From assembly GCA_002633005.1 (NCBI GenBank), contig NMRA01000122.1, positions 353,372 through 417,371 of the forward strand: a stretch of 64,000 nt of DNA, written 5' to 3'. Positions 14,242-27,600 of the stretch are shown here, one piece after another. Source of the DNA: Phoronis australis (taxonomy: Eukaryota; Animalia; Phoronida). The notes under the pieces are model-generated. The model had not been told where the DNA came from, searched no databases, and worked only from the letters and a program-made list of their open reading frames with translations. The position numbers and the translations under genes were made by a program. Numbering within the stretch: position 1 is the first letter of the stretch; each line of letters begins with the position of its first letter.

Positions 14242-14760
14242 TATTTTATTTATTCTTTTTTCCCCCCACTTTACTTTTTATTATGTATCATTCCAATGTG
14301 CAGTGATAAGTTCCACAAGCTTTTCTCATTGATACTAGTGTGCGACTAATGTGACTGTGAACATTGAACAATCATGTTTAAAACAGTCTGTCACTTAACA
14401 AGCACCAACTAGCTTCCAAAATGACATTTCGTTCTAGTCAACAAACAAAAATGCTCAACATAAATAACTTCATATTTTAAGCCAGGAAGAATCAATGATT
14501 AAATGCGCAACGTAAAACTACCGGTAATTGTGACAGTTTCTAAGTCAACCAAAACAGAAATGAAACTGCTTTGAGGAGCATCTGATTTAGCGAAATGAAC
14601 AAAACAAAGATTAAGTAACAATGATGTTGCGAGATGATGATGATGAAGACATTTTTTATGGTGATAACAGAAACGATTATTAGAAGCGCAGCTTCTGCTT
14701 ATACACCAACACTTGGCAAAAATGGATGAAAAATGATGATGACTCAATAATGATGATAGT

Positions 14761-15084
14761 TTAACTACAACAATGATTATTTCACTACAGCAATGATTAT
14801 TTCACTATAACAATGATTGTTTCACTATAACAATGATTAGTTCACTACAACAATGATTATTTCACTATAACAATGATTGTTTCACTATAACAATGATTAG
14901 TTCACTATAACAATGATTAGTTCACTATAACAATGATTGTTTCACTATAACAATGATTAGTTCACTATAACAATGATTATTTCACTATAACAATGATTGT
15001 TTCACTATAACAATGATTATTTCACTATAACAATGATTGTTTCACTATAACAATGATTAGTTCACTATAACAATGATTATTTCA
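14761..15084. repeat. Minisatellite, 20-bp unit CAATGATT(AT/GT/AG)TTCACTATAA, 16 copies
   Basis: Exact 20-bp period from 14771 to 15071. Confidence 0.98.
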
Positions 15085-15151
15085 ATCATGATGAGATGAT
15101 GAAGAATGGCAATGAACAGTAGCTGATGACACACTCAATACAGCGCTTATG

Positions 15152-15261
15152 ATATCACACTCCAAATAGCACTATATCACACTCCAAATAGCACTATATC
15201 ACACTCCAAATAGCACTATATCGCACTCCAGGCAGTGCTATATTGCACTCCAGATAGTGCT
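15152..15261. repeat. Minisatellite, about 22-bp unit TATCACACTCCAAATAGCACTA, about 5 copies decaying to the right
   Basis: Three near-exact copies followed by two diverged ones. Confidence 0.9.
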
Positions 15262-18200
15262 TGATAGATCAATTCATTCACCAAATTTCAGAATATCCCT
15301 CCAGACAGAGCTATGTCTATGCAAAGCGAAAAACAAAAAAGGCCGTCACATCCGATTTCAACCAAAAACAAAAGCCCTCAAGCTTTTGAGGAGACATGTT
15401 GAGAATTTCATGTCGATTGAATCTGAAATGCAACCAGTAGTGTGTGAACAACAAAACAAAATAAACAAATTTTAAGATATTGTAACATTAAAGCAGGCCT
15501 TCGCCAAGTAAAAACAAACCATCCACACACAGTAATTGGCAAAAACAGACAGCAAATAAAAATGTGATTTAAGATAGTTTTGTTGCAAAATGTCTATTTA
15601 AAACCTGAACATGGTTTCACCTTCACCTCAGTCAAACCAGCCACAGGGCACCCATCTGTCAAAGGCATGAGGCCATATTGCCCCTTAGAGTCATTAACAA
15701 AGCATCAACAAGGCAATGACAGAGAGAAGACATAACATTAACACAGGAGATGGGAAGAGAGATAGCAGCCAGCCAAGCAGATAGAGCCATCTGGTGTTGG
15801 TCAGAGACCATGACAGACACAATATGTTTCATCAGTAGATCAAAAGTTGAAAAAATACTGAAACATTAGGACCTGTGAATACCTGAAACAAGAGCCTGTG
15901 AATACCACTAAAGTGATATTCCCGAAAGTCTTTACTTTTCTGTTGCTATTAGCCTTGTTAAAGCCTCTAGCATGCAGTTAGTTTCATGCAAGCCGACAAA
16001 ATACAGTCAAGTTCCCAACTGTATTGATTTCCATATTTGGAAAAGCACGCGACTGCTACTCAGATAGTAAGATTATGAATGTATTGACGATACCCAACGG
16101 ACGTTAATATGGAATTAAGAGTTTGAATAAGAGAACCACTGTGACGAGGGGACCACTCTGCCCCCTGGTGTTGGGAGGGACAGCTTTCATTTTAAGTTAC
16201 TCAACCTCATTCCTATGATCAATCATGAGCCAGAGAAGTTTGGATCCAGCTAGTCTCAGCTATGAAACTAGCCTATGTGGCGATGGTACAGAAAGGAATG
16301 AAGCCAGAATTCTACAGCTTTCATTTCAAACATCTGTAGATTTGTGCCAAGTCCACTGAGAGAACAGCAGTTTCCAAAATCCAGTAATTGATCTCATGTC
16401 TGTTGTTAAAACATTGGGGCATTGTCTAGCATCACCCCTGCACACCTATTATCAAACACCCTTCAAAGAGATATTTCAACCAGTGATACTTTCACACAAA
16501 AGGAGCTTAGACTACTGTTAGTGACATCCATGGTAGATGGCGTTAAAAGGTTGTGGTTCTTGTACAAATCTATTGACAATACAAGGTCTGCTGTGAACTG
16601 GATAGTTTCTAATAACAAACATGATATTCGCAAGCATTACGCCCTGTTGCAGTAACAGCGTTCACATCAGCGGTAGTACACAGAAGTAATCACTGCCTGT
16701 GATGCAGTTGTTTTACCAAGCACCTCCATTATGCTTTTCATCACAGCACATTATAAAAACCTCCTGTTTTGTTTCAATTTCCAGCGACAGCAGTTTCCAA
16801 ATCGAGGCTAAGTCCTGATATCAGTCCAGTCCATTGTTATGATGTTAAGCATTACCGCAAACTTTTTGTCTGGCATCACAACTAATGCAGGCCAATTATC
16901 TACCATGGTTGAAACGGCTACTAAAACGGGCACCAGAGAACCGAAACTTAACACATCTACTTTGGCTAATTTTCATCAATTTCTTCAGGTGAAGATTGAC
17001 CATCTAACTTCTTATGGGAATTCAATTTCAGAAACCAGTTTGAAAAATCACTAGCTTTAGAGCAAGATACCTCATTTTAGTCAGTGTTTTATTGCTGTAG
17101 TCATTGCTAATGCGGCAATTGACCAGTATCGCCAGGACTTTGAGTGATGGTTTAAGTGACCAATCAGAACGCAGCATTCTTGACACATCTTGTTTCCAAG
17201 CTCTCATGTTACGCGACAAATAACACGTTGCTGGGTAAGACTTATTGTTTGTTTGTCAACATTTCGCAAGGGGGCGGAGCTTGCGATAGGTCAATTGCTC
17301 TACTCCACACAGCAGGACCTTGGATCAGCGTTCTTGATAAACAGGCTTCCTAACAACAGTCGCTCTTATGATGAAGTACAAGGTGTTGCGAAACGGGCCA
17401 AGTTCAGTCTTATTGGACAATTTACGCAATTTAAAGCAGATACAAAACGGCCAATATTTCAGATATAAAACAAGTCAAAAATAGCCTTATGTGAGAACTG
17501 AAAAATCAGCCATTTAGAAGCAAAACTGATGCCATTGTCAATGTTGGGCACATTTTCACCACAGAACTTGAAGGAAAGCCATTTATAATTACAATGAATA
17601 ACTAATGTACCTGTGGGCAAAAATTAACATGGCAGCCAGTGCTGTCCGTCTTCAAATGATAGATTTTATTAAATATAATTTGTAAAAACAGTAACTATAG
17701 CATCATGACTGAAAAGTGTCTGGCAGAAGTGAAGCATTGTGGGTGAACAGGAGGGGAATTTCACCTCTACGGCAGGACAATTTACAGTAAAATTTCCTCA
17801 AATTCGAACAAAACATGGCCAAAATTGTCATTTTTCATTTGTCAAATGCTCACTTCATTATAAAAAATGTTGTGTTTGCTGATGACAGCTGTACTACAAT
17901 GGAGTAAAATTGTCTTCTTGTTTACTCATGTTGAAAATTTTGATGAAATCGAATTTATCCAATGTTCCGCCATATTGAGTTCTAATTTGAAGAAACTTCA
18001 CAATTCCATTCTCATTTCAGTGGAAAGTTTCAAAAACAAATAATTCAGAGGTCTGCAGCATTAACTAAGTGTACACCTGGAACATCTGGGGTGGTGGACA
18101 TCATCTGCAGGGTTGACTTCTTGAAGGTCATCCCTTATGGTGGCATTGAAAGATGAGTCAACTGTTTATGGACACAGGAGGGACTAATTGAAGTGATTAA

Positions 18201-20301
18201 TTTAGCCTCACTGAGAGTGAAGCAGCACTCACCGTTTGAGTGTAGGGCCCAGTATGTTTAAGTAGGCATGGTAATCATTTACACGAGAAGGATGTCCAAC
18301 CAGGAGGCTTATGGGCTTAACCAGCTTTCTCCCTCAGGGGTCCTGTTGACCCAGTGCACAACTTATGAGGATCAATTAGATACTGGGAAAATTAGCTAGG
18401 CACGACTTGTGCAGGCCAATGCTAGGGCGTTCCTAAGACCGTGCAACCAGTGACTGAGTCCCGCACGTGTCGAATGTCATAGTACTGTGATCACGTGCCA
18501 GCCATAATCAGCGGATGTGACTCCGCAGGTGAGCAAAGGCCAGTTGGGGATTAACCCTGAATTCGGGGTTACCGTGGATACTACAGGTGTTTAATGAAGT
18601 GTTTAATGCTTCCAGCCTGGCCTCACATGATCAATACAGTGAACAGCCATTTCATTCCTTACAAGTCATCTCAGTTTGAAAAGACAATTTGTCCGGTGTA
18701 AAAAGATTGTCCACTGTTCAAGGTCTGGTCACCACAGTATTGCCAATCAGTCAGCCACAATGTTTACATACCAAAAGTTTATTTATTCACCAGAGGTGGC
18801 TGAAGTATAATTTGAACACTATCAATACATCCAGTTGTCACTAGTGAACCAGGTTATGTTTTGCTGACCTCAACATGTTCCAACAGTGTCAACAAAACGA
18901 ATAGATCAATTATGGTAAAAGGCCAAGAAACACTAACACAGTTCACGCTTATTAAGACCCTTTTATTCCCACATTCCTGAACAGTTACATTTTTATGATA
19001 ACGATTTTATACATGTTAACCGTTATTTTTATACCCATTTAAACATTTACTAAATATTGTCCTACAAACAACAGTGATTGTTATCAGATATCTGCCAAGA
19101 CTGTGTTACCTTAATCAATTGTATTTTTGTGGGTATCATAATATAAGGACAGCTCAGGTGAACATTTATTCATCAAGATTAGTTGGCACTAGTGAGCAAG
19201 TACCCTGCCCGAAAGACAGGTTTCATTGCAACATCATAGTAGGACATCACCTCAATCAGGTCAAGTAGACATGGGATGTGCCATTAAGTAATGCATATTA
19301 ATCCAGTTACGAAAATTAAAAGCCTTTTGCTAAATTCAAATAAGAATTCCCAATGTGAAGGTTCATATAGGGAGCTAGGATTAAATTTGTTCAAATAATT
19401 CCAACTAAACATTTTTTGCAAAGCAACACTGTATAAATGGTTCTCTTTTTTACAAAATGTCCTAAATGTTGGTTTCTTATTTTCATGCCACACTTTTTAA
19501 AAGGGAAGGCATCCTACTGGCATGCTCTCATCAACGAAGTTGGTATAGAGTTCTGGGGTACTTTCAAAATCCAGATCAATGTGGAATCTGGACATCTGGG
19601 AAAATGGTTACCACACATAATACCAAATGATACAAAATGCTATCTGTTAACCACGCCTCAACCCAACTGCCACTTCTTTTGATTTCCCACCCGAGATGAT
19701 ATCTACCAGGCAGATGATATTACCGAAACCACAAATGCACAAACCTAAGATACCAATCAGGGACTTGTGAAAGAGCCCCACATGTTTTGCATTTGAGACA
19801 TGGGTGTAAGGCAAAGAAAATAAGCCATAATGTTGTTATTTTATCAATTTTTGTTCTTGCATCCGTATGGCTCTTATAGGTTGTCTATTTCATAGCCACA
19901 AGTTTGTCCATAAATGGTCGCCATTAACACTTCCATCAGTATTGAAGATGAACAACAGACCACTGGAGCTCATAAGGTCTCACTGGTAACCCATGAATGC
20001 ATGCCATTTTTATGCCTTTTGGATTTTCTAATTTCATGTGTAGTCACTTGCTCTTCGTACAGCACTTTAATGTCCACTGGTGAATGAGGGCATTGCGGTC
20101 AGTCATATAAGTTTGTGAAAAAGTCTCGCCAATTTTTCTGAAAGAGCCCTGGGAAATTTTTTTAACGCAAATTCACTTTGGGAAATTGGGGACATATAGA
20201 GATCCCTGGAACCTGACACGTCACCTCCAAGAGAGCAAATACCCCACGCCTAACAACGTGGAGCCCCAATAACCCCCCAGGTATCATACCGTCCTAGCAG
20301 C

Positions 20302-20585
20302 CAGGGCTTGGAATGACCAATGACAAAAAACGCGGAAACTTTTACGGCCCAAAACATGCGTGCTACCCAGCCTTGAAATAGTCGTTGTGAACCTTTCGCC
20401 GACAAAAATCGGTAGGATTGAAAAAAAACGTGAACGTCGTTGGCAATGCCGCGGTAAGAAAGGAATTTGCCGCGGAAATTTTATATCAAATCCGATTTTT
20501 TTTACGTGGAAATATAATAAAATGCGCGGACAGAACATTTTAAAAAAGCGGAAATCCGCGTTTCAGCGGAAAATTCCAAGCCCTG
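20302..20585. mobile_element. MITE with perfect 13-bp TIRs CAGGGCTTGGAAT
   Basis: 20302-20314 is the exact reverse complement of 20573-20585. Both ends are flanked by AGCAGC, and the interior has repeated CGCGG/GCGGAAA motifs. Confidence 0.88.
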
Positions 20586-21450
20586 AGCAGCACACCCCAC
20601 AAAATATAGTCCAGCATCTCCAACACCACCCCTCCCTGCAAAAAGTAGACTGATCCTGCACTAAAACAATTGCACTCAGGACTGGTCTAGGCAGGACTCC
20701 AACACTAAATTTAGTACCCACAATATCTGGGCCTCCAAAAAAACAGTCGTGGGTAACCACAGAGTTCTGGGGGCCATCCAGCTGATAAGAACACCACAAT
20801 GGCGTCATTGTTACCTGGCTCACCTCCAGCTACACTAAGTACAAGGAGGATAACCACAAGTGAACATATATAGAAGACAAGAGTTTACTCAAGGGAGGGG
20901 AGGCTGGTGTAGGGTCATAGTTGGCAATATTAATAGGAAAATAAACAGCAGCGGTGTGAAAAAATCATGCTGGTGTCTGGTAACTTTGTAAAACGATATC
21001 ATTTGGCTAATTACGAGCAGACTACCTGTATTGAAACCAGACATGGATTAAAGAAAGCTTAGTAAGAAAAGTGCATCAGACATCTAGAGATTGTGTCAAG
21101 CTTGTCAAGCATTCGAGTCCTTTAGAGATGACAGTGAATTTAATGCTTTTTATGCCTGTTAGTCTTGCAAAATGAATAAAGTAAACTCCAGGTAACAAAC
21201 TGAAAGGACTTTAAGAGTTTTTTGCAAAACAGGAGCCTCATGAGAACGTCATTGGTCTTAGATTGTTTGTACTGACGGAAAATGATGCAGCCAACCTTTC
21301 ATTGTGGCAATGACATGCAACAACTGAAAGACTGGCATTTAAAGCAAAGGGACAAGACATCAACGACCATGTTCTGTTCCTTAGAAGTCAAGGAAGTAAT
21401 TTGCACAATTACCCGAGTGTACCACCTGTAATAAGCACGCCTTCTCTCAC

Positions 21451-21617
21451 CTGTGAACCACGCCCCTCTCGTGCATGTAACACAGGGCGGACACCATCTG
21501 CCGAACAAACGGCCATGCTTGCTCCTCCGTGAGTCGCGAGTCCCTCTGTGAACGGATGAAGGACAGTAGCTCACCACCATTGGCAGACTCTAGCACCAGA
21601 CAATAGAAGGAGCTGGC
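21451..21617 (-). CDS. Kinase coding exon 3 (hinge, alphaD-alphaE, up to HR of HRD)
   Basis: 167 nt = 55 codons + 2 nt, ASSFYCLVLESANGGELLSFIRSQRDSRLTEEQAWPFVRQMVSALCYMHERGVVH(R). Acceptor tcttccattgtag|GCC, donor AG|gtgaga (phase 2). Confidence 0.95.
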
Positions 21618-24600
21618 CTACAATGGAAGAATAGTCAGACATGTGAGTATACTTCTAAGATCCTACGTTGGAGGTTCTATTAACATGGTATATTAGTCAA
21701 CATAACTGAAAATAAACCTGTCTTTGTCATTAAAATTTAAAACATGCACATATTCTTTTTCATGCACAAGGTATCCGTTATGCTTCTCTGTAGTCCAGTT
21801 TTATTGAGCTACCAACCCACATCTTTACGTTGCACCGTTTTGTCTAAATATGATACAATTTGCTTTTCAGTAAGTGTTGAACTAAATGTTATTTTAAGAA
21901 TGTTTAAAGCCTCACTCCATTAACTTTTGAATAAAACCTGTTGAAGACAGAAGAGATCTCAGCTTGTACAGAAATTAGAAGTCATTGATTCCTTATAGAA
22001 ATTAGAAGTGACAAATGAGTCAATGACTAACACTGAACTAAATCAATTGGAATTTGCCAGAGTGTCATTTTATTTGCAACATTAGCAAGATGGCTGTCAG
22101 CCAAAAGAGAAGACAGGTTCCGTGACAGAACACTAGAGGGCAATATATGTTGTATTTCAGCAGTTCTAGTAAGAACTGAATTGGAGTATACACCATATTT
22201 ATATTCTTTGGAAACTGACACTGATACAAAAATAGATTCCTGTAATTTGACACCATACTTAAGGATACTCTTTCCCACCTTTTCAGCTAAAAATTTCATA
22301 CACACAATTTGAAGGCAAACCAACCTCATTGAAACTTTTAACCAAATTATGCTCTTTTCAACACACAATAAAATGTTGTCAAAATAACTTAAACACAGAA
22401 TGTTCAAAATATCTTTTGAATTTCTGGTGGCAGATCTAAGATGTCATAAGAGAGGTCCGACTACAATGTTCGAAGGAATATTATAGCCCTTAAATGTAGC
22501 CCTTAAAAACAGCAAATCGACAATGTTTTCATAGTGTTCATAGGGGGATCCCCCCTTGAATTCACCTGTTCACACCAACAAAATGGGTGGCATAACAAAC
22601 TTCACTTTCACAAATTGTCATTAAAAAGAACAAAAAACACAAATACATGGAGAGCATTAATGTACAAAAAGTTTCAGGTTAACGAGATTTATGAAGCTCT
22701 TTCTGGGTTCTAAACTTGTGAATATACAAAGAATCAGTGTCTTTAAGACATCAAAACTCATAACTAGAACCCAAAATAAATCATATTTATCAGAGCTCTT
22801 GATTGAGCCCAATCATCTAGGTAATGAAGATTTTTTTATTTGCTGAAAGCTATCAGTTATTGATCAGTTGTAGTCCAAATGGTGAGTACCTGGAAATAAG
22901 GTAGAGCAGAGATTTAAGGATTCCAGCTTATCACTAGACAGAGACAATCACAGGATTATACAGATTTTATGGGGTGCAAGAAGAGTGCATGCCAGCTTCA
23001 ACAGTATTTGCTTGGCTGGGATTAAAAATGCATATCAACAATGTTTTTCCCAAATGGGTAATTCTGCACCATAGCCTGGGGCCAGAGCGACCACAACTCA
23101 ACACAAACTGCAAGGGTCCTCTTTAAAAGTACTCGATGTGGGCAGAGTTGAATAAAAAAATAAATGAGCCGTAAAACTTGACTGTCCGGTGAACCGAAGA
23201 AATTTTGAGACATGGAGAGCTACATCCAATTAACACAAACTTATGGTGAGCCAGAAATGCGTTCCAAAACACCTGTTTTGAACATAGTCAAGAAAAAATA
23301 TAGTCAAAATGGACGAAAATAAACACCAAATGGGACACCAGTGCAGTTGCATACTACCCTGTTCATCTGGGATAATGCCCAGAGGGCACTTAAAGTGGGG
23401 AACTAAAAAATCAAGGCGTTAGGCCAAGCTTGGGCGCTTACAAACGGAATTTTTAAAAGTCGAGGAGGAGTGGGTGTTTACCTGAACGGACAATTTGGAC
23501 AAACACATCGACTCAAGACCATGTTCCCGCCCAAATAAGGGAAGAGTGCTGAAATTTTGACTGTTCGTTACTCAAATGTAAACAATTCGTTATGTTTTGG
23601 GAGCTCAAACCTGAAAAAATGTCAGTAGTGATGACAGAAAACTAGAACAAAGTAAATGAAATAAGTGAGGAAATGCAAAAGGAAATGTAGACAACGGAAA
23701 GGGAAACATAAACTTTGATGGAAAAGTGGACAAGAACTGCAGATGAAACTGATGGGCAGATAAAAGGGCAAGTCATTGCTTATCCAGTCTTTACCGTGGT
23801 TCTAGCTTTATTTAGTTGTAACACTTTTTGCATTATAAAGAGTTTGATTACAGTCAAATTTAGGATCAACTTAAGTTGACATTTTTCTATTTTTCAACAG
23901 CTTGTGCAAATACTCAAAATTTACAAAAGGCTGCTAAAGACAGTGGAGTGCATCATACAAAGCACTCTTACAACAAGGTAAGAACTTCATTAGAAGTGTA
24001 CTGTTGTTGAGAAAATTGACAAAATGTGAAATTCAAGTGTATCCCACGTTGCAAGCCATACCAAACAATTTTTACTGCAGTGTGCATTTTGTCCACAAAA
24101 GCGGCAAAAATTTTCGCCCAGGACTACATTGATGTAGTGTCCATAAATTGTGGTTTATTTGAACCAGTAACTAGACACCGGATTTCACATATTACCACCT
24201 TTCCAATTAACTTTGTAATCGGGAAATCCTCAACCTGTGATCAGCTCAGTTTTTACAGGGTAATAGAGAGCAAGCAGTTCAAGAGTTCAGAGCCTATAAT
24301 TTTAAGAGTCTGTCCTGTTATTAAGTGGTGAAATAATTAGATGAACTTTAAGGCGAATGGAACTAGACAGGTCACACCGTGGGGCGAGGACAAGTGAACC
24401 AGACAGGGCAATAGTGGGAGAGCTTTTTTATCAATAGGTTTATTAGTGAAGTAGCAGACATCGACTGCAGCGTGGCTCCCTTTAAGTACTCTAGGTTTAT
24501 TTGGCTTCATTATGTGGACGTGCAGACATGTACCCAAGTGGACAAACCAAGGTTATGTCAACACTGTGGGACGCTTTGACCTGCAAAAATGTGGCTAAAC

Positions 24601-27600
24601 CTTGTCCTCTTATCACAAGAGTGGCTTGTGATACATGTTTTGCAGATAGTAATAGTATATTAGCTTGTGGTGAGTATAGACATGAAATGTAGTATGCATA
24701 GAAGAAAATGTCTGGATTTAGCCATTGTTAATAAACTCCCTGCATCCGTTCACAAATTTGGCAGCGCCTGAAAGTGCTGGCTGGCTTAAGACGATGCACT
24801 CATAATAAAATTTCAGGTTGGAGTCCGATGCCAAATTTGGAGGAGATTAAGCTGTCGCCTATCCGCAATCACATTCCTTCTGCAACGCAAAGAGCTTGTT
24901 GATTTCTATTCAAGATGTCATTTTTGTAGCCACTATCACCACAACAATATAATCAAGTTTCATTGGGAGATCAAGATACCAACTATGAACGACCTCTAGT
25001 GGACACATGTTCTGCACCAACATATGCAGTTAGATATCAAGATCAACACTTGCTGAATACAAATTCAAAGGCAATTGTGAAAAAGATAAACACACAATGA
25101 AAATTGTCTTTAAACAAAATTATATAACCAATTTGAAATGCAGCTTATGCAGAACTGAAAAAAATCATTTGATCTGCTTAAGTGTGCTTAAAACAGCATT
25201 GTGTTTTTGCACATGGATATAATTTAATTATAAGGATTTTAATACATGTAAATCAAAACTTCTTTTGTTTGGGACACAATAAAACAGTGAAGAGAAATTT
25301 ATTTGCTGAAAATTCCCAATACTGAAAAATAACTTCAGGAAATTTTACTTCGCCTTTAGCGGGTACATATAGCTGTCAACAAACAACTTTTGATAAAATC
25401 TTGAGCATTTGCAGTGTTGTAGTAAGCTTCCAAAAACTAGAAAAATGACAATTATTTTTGTTCCAAATTGAAGAATGGTCACCTTATGTATACGCATGTG
25501 TACAAGCACATGTAAGTTTAACAATAGATAAACAACAAAACTAAACTGGGTTAGCTTCACAGTCCTAAACTATACAAATATTTTGTACACTTCTACAAAC
25601 AGTCAACTCCTTCCATAGTTTTAACCCCCATAGCTTGCCTGTTGGAGACAGACATGCAATCATAAATACTTCAAATAGTCAAAAGATTTGGCCTGTGATG
25701 ACAATCCAATGTGTTACACCTGCCAAGCACCAGTTATCTGATCCGAAGGCCCTGGCTGGAAAGAGCATCGCAACGCAACAAAAACATGTCCAGTAATCAT
25801 TCACTGGACGGGAGCTGGTGATTAAGCCAATGGGGGGCGCATGTCAACAGGTATGATATCAATGCAGGGAATGTACTCAATGTAACGCGCAGCTAGTGAC
25901 CTGTGACAACCATGTCGCAGCCTCTCCGCAGCCTCTCCGCAATCTCAGATTCCAAACACGTGATTGGTCTCGACAGAAGAATGTCAAGCAAAGTGCATTT
26001 GTATTTCAAAAAAGATGCTGAATTTTCATTACACTCTCCGTAACCGTTGACAGAAGCCATATACTATAATCACAACAGCCAATGTGGTTTGCAAAAATCA
26101 ACAACTGCAATTCCCACATCCTGAATTCAACTCTCCTCTTTGGTGAAGGTAGAAAAACATTGTATGACCTAGATTTCGGAAACCAACTTCAGTGTCGAGT
26201 TGGACTAGTGAAGAAGTATGCACAGCACCTCAATCAGTTTTTTTAAATTTTTTGTCTGCTTTGCAATTCAATGAGGAACAATAAAACTTCAAGAACATCA
26301 GAATGACAAATGTCAAACTAAACTTAGTGCAACATAGTTACAGCAGGGGAGCGGTGTACAACTGCCGGCCGAGAGATGTTCAGTCCTTGTAGGCAAAAAG
26401 TGAAGAAAGGCACTCCGCTACTCTCGCGAGTGGTTAACCACGCTGGAAGATGATTCTCATTCAGGGAATACTGGCATTCGTCTCTAAAGTCATTGGTGGA
26501 TCAATGTTGTTGTGGTCACAACATGGTCACATATCAAGACAAGCTAAATGGTATTCATGATATTCATGGTATTCATAACAGCCACTAGGTGACCATTTGC
26601 AATGTCACAAATTTTTTAAGCCTAATCTCACCATAGACCACGCAGTGTCTGCAAGAAAAAAACGACCAGCACTACAATCCACCGATTTTCCCAAAAATGT
26701 TTTTGCAACTGATCAGCCGAAAGGTTACCATCTGTCCAGCCAAGTTGAGCCAGACATGACATCATGGCTTGGCTATTCTCACACATCACACATAGTATCA
26801 GGTCAGGATCAGTCTGCATCAGATACCCAAATGCCAGCCAAGCTTGCAGAGCTTGCTCACTCTGAAAATATGTGACCCTCTGTCTAAAAATAGGCTGTTT
26901 TGGACAATACTGTTGCATCTCTGAGACATTAAATGGCACTTTGTAACCATTTGTCAACACAACTGGTAAACTGCAGATTTGCAATCACACCAACAAATTA
27001 CAAAGTATGGTAATTATCCACTTATTTTCGCACAAAAACAAATGCGAAGTTGTAGTTTTCCATTCTTTAAATGTTGATCTTGTGGCAAATACTGAGAGCT
27101 TCACCAAACACTGTTTTATGACCTCTACACTGAGTGCAAACCAAGGTAACAGTTGACTAAAATTTTCTTAATCCATGTTTTCGTAGAAAAATTTTACAAA
27201 ATAAAATTTCACTTGTCCACCACGGCTAAACAGGTAAAGAAATACCATATTTCTCATCTAAACAGGACATCAAATATTTCTACTAGTTTTCCAATGATAG
27301 GATCCCTCAAAGTATGTGTATACACAAAACAACATTTGCTAAGTCATGTTACAACAATCCACATACAGAAATGATCACAATCAGCATAACTCTCCAACCC
27401 ACCTCCCACTGACCCCTCTCCCCTCCCGGATTATCACCAAATTCTTCCTGGTTCCGTGTCCATTCTGTACTTTTTCAGTAGCTTTTACTGTTTTTTTTTC
27501 TGATGAAGACGTATTCATTCCAAACTGTTGGAACAGTCAATAAAATTGTGAGGAAAAGTATGCACTACACTGACGAGGACCATGCGAGGACCATGCACTG

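Noticed and set aside
21299-21580. Supplied 93-aa ORF overlapping exon 3
   Set aside because: It is an alternative frame of the real kinase exon; its ATG is the AAT GGT (Asn-Gly) junction.
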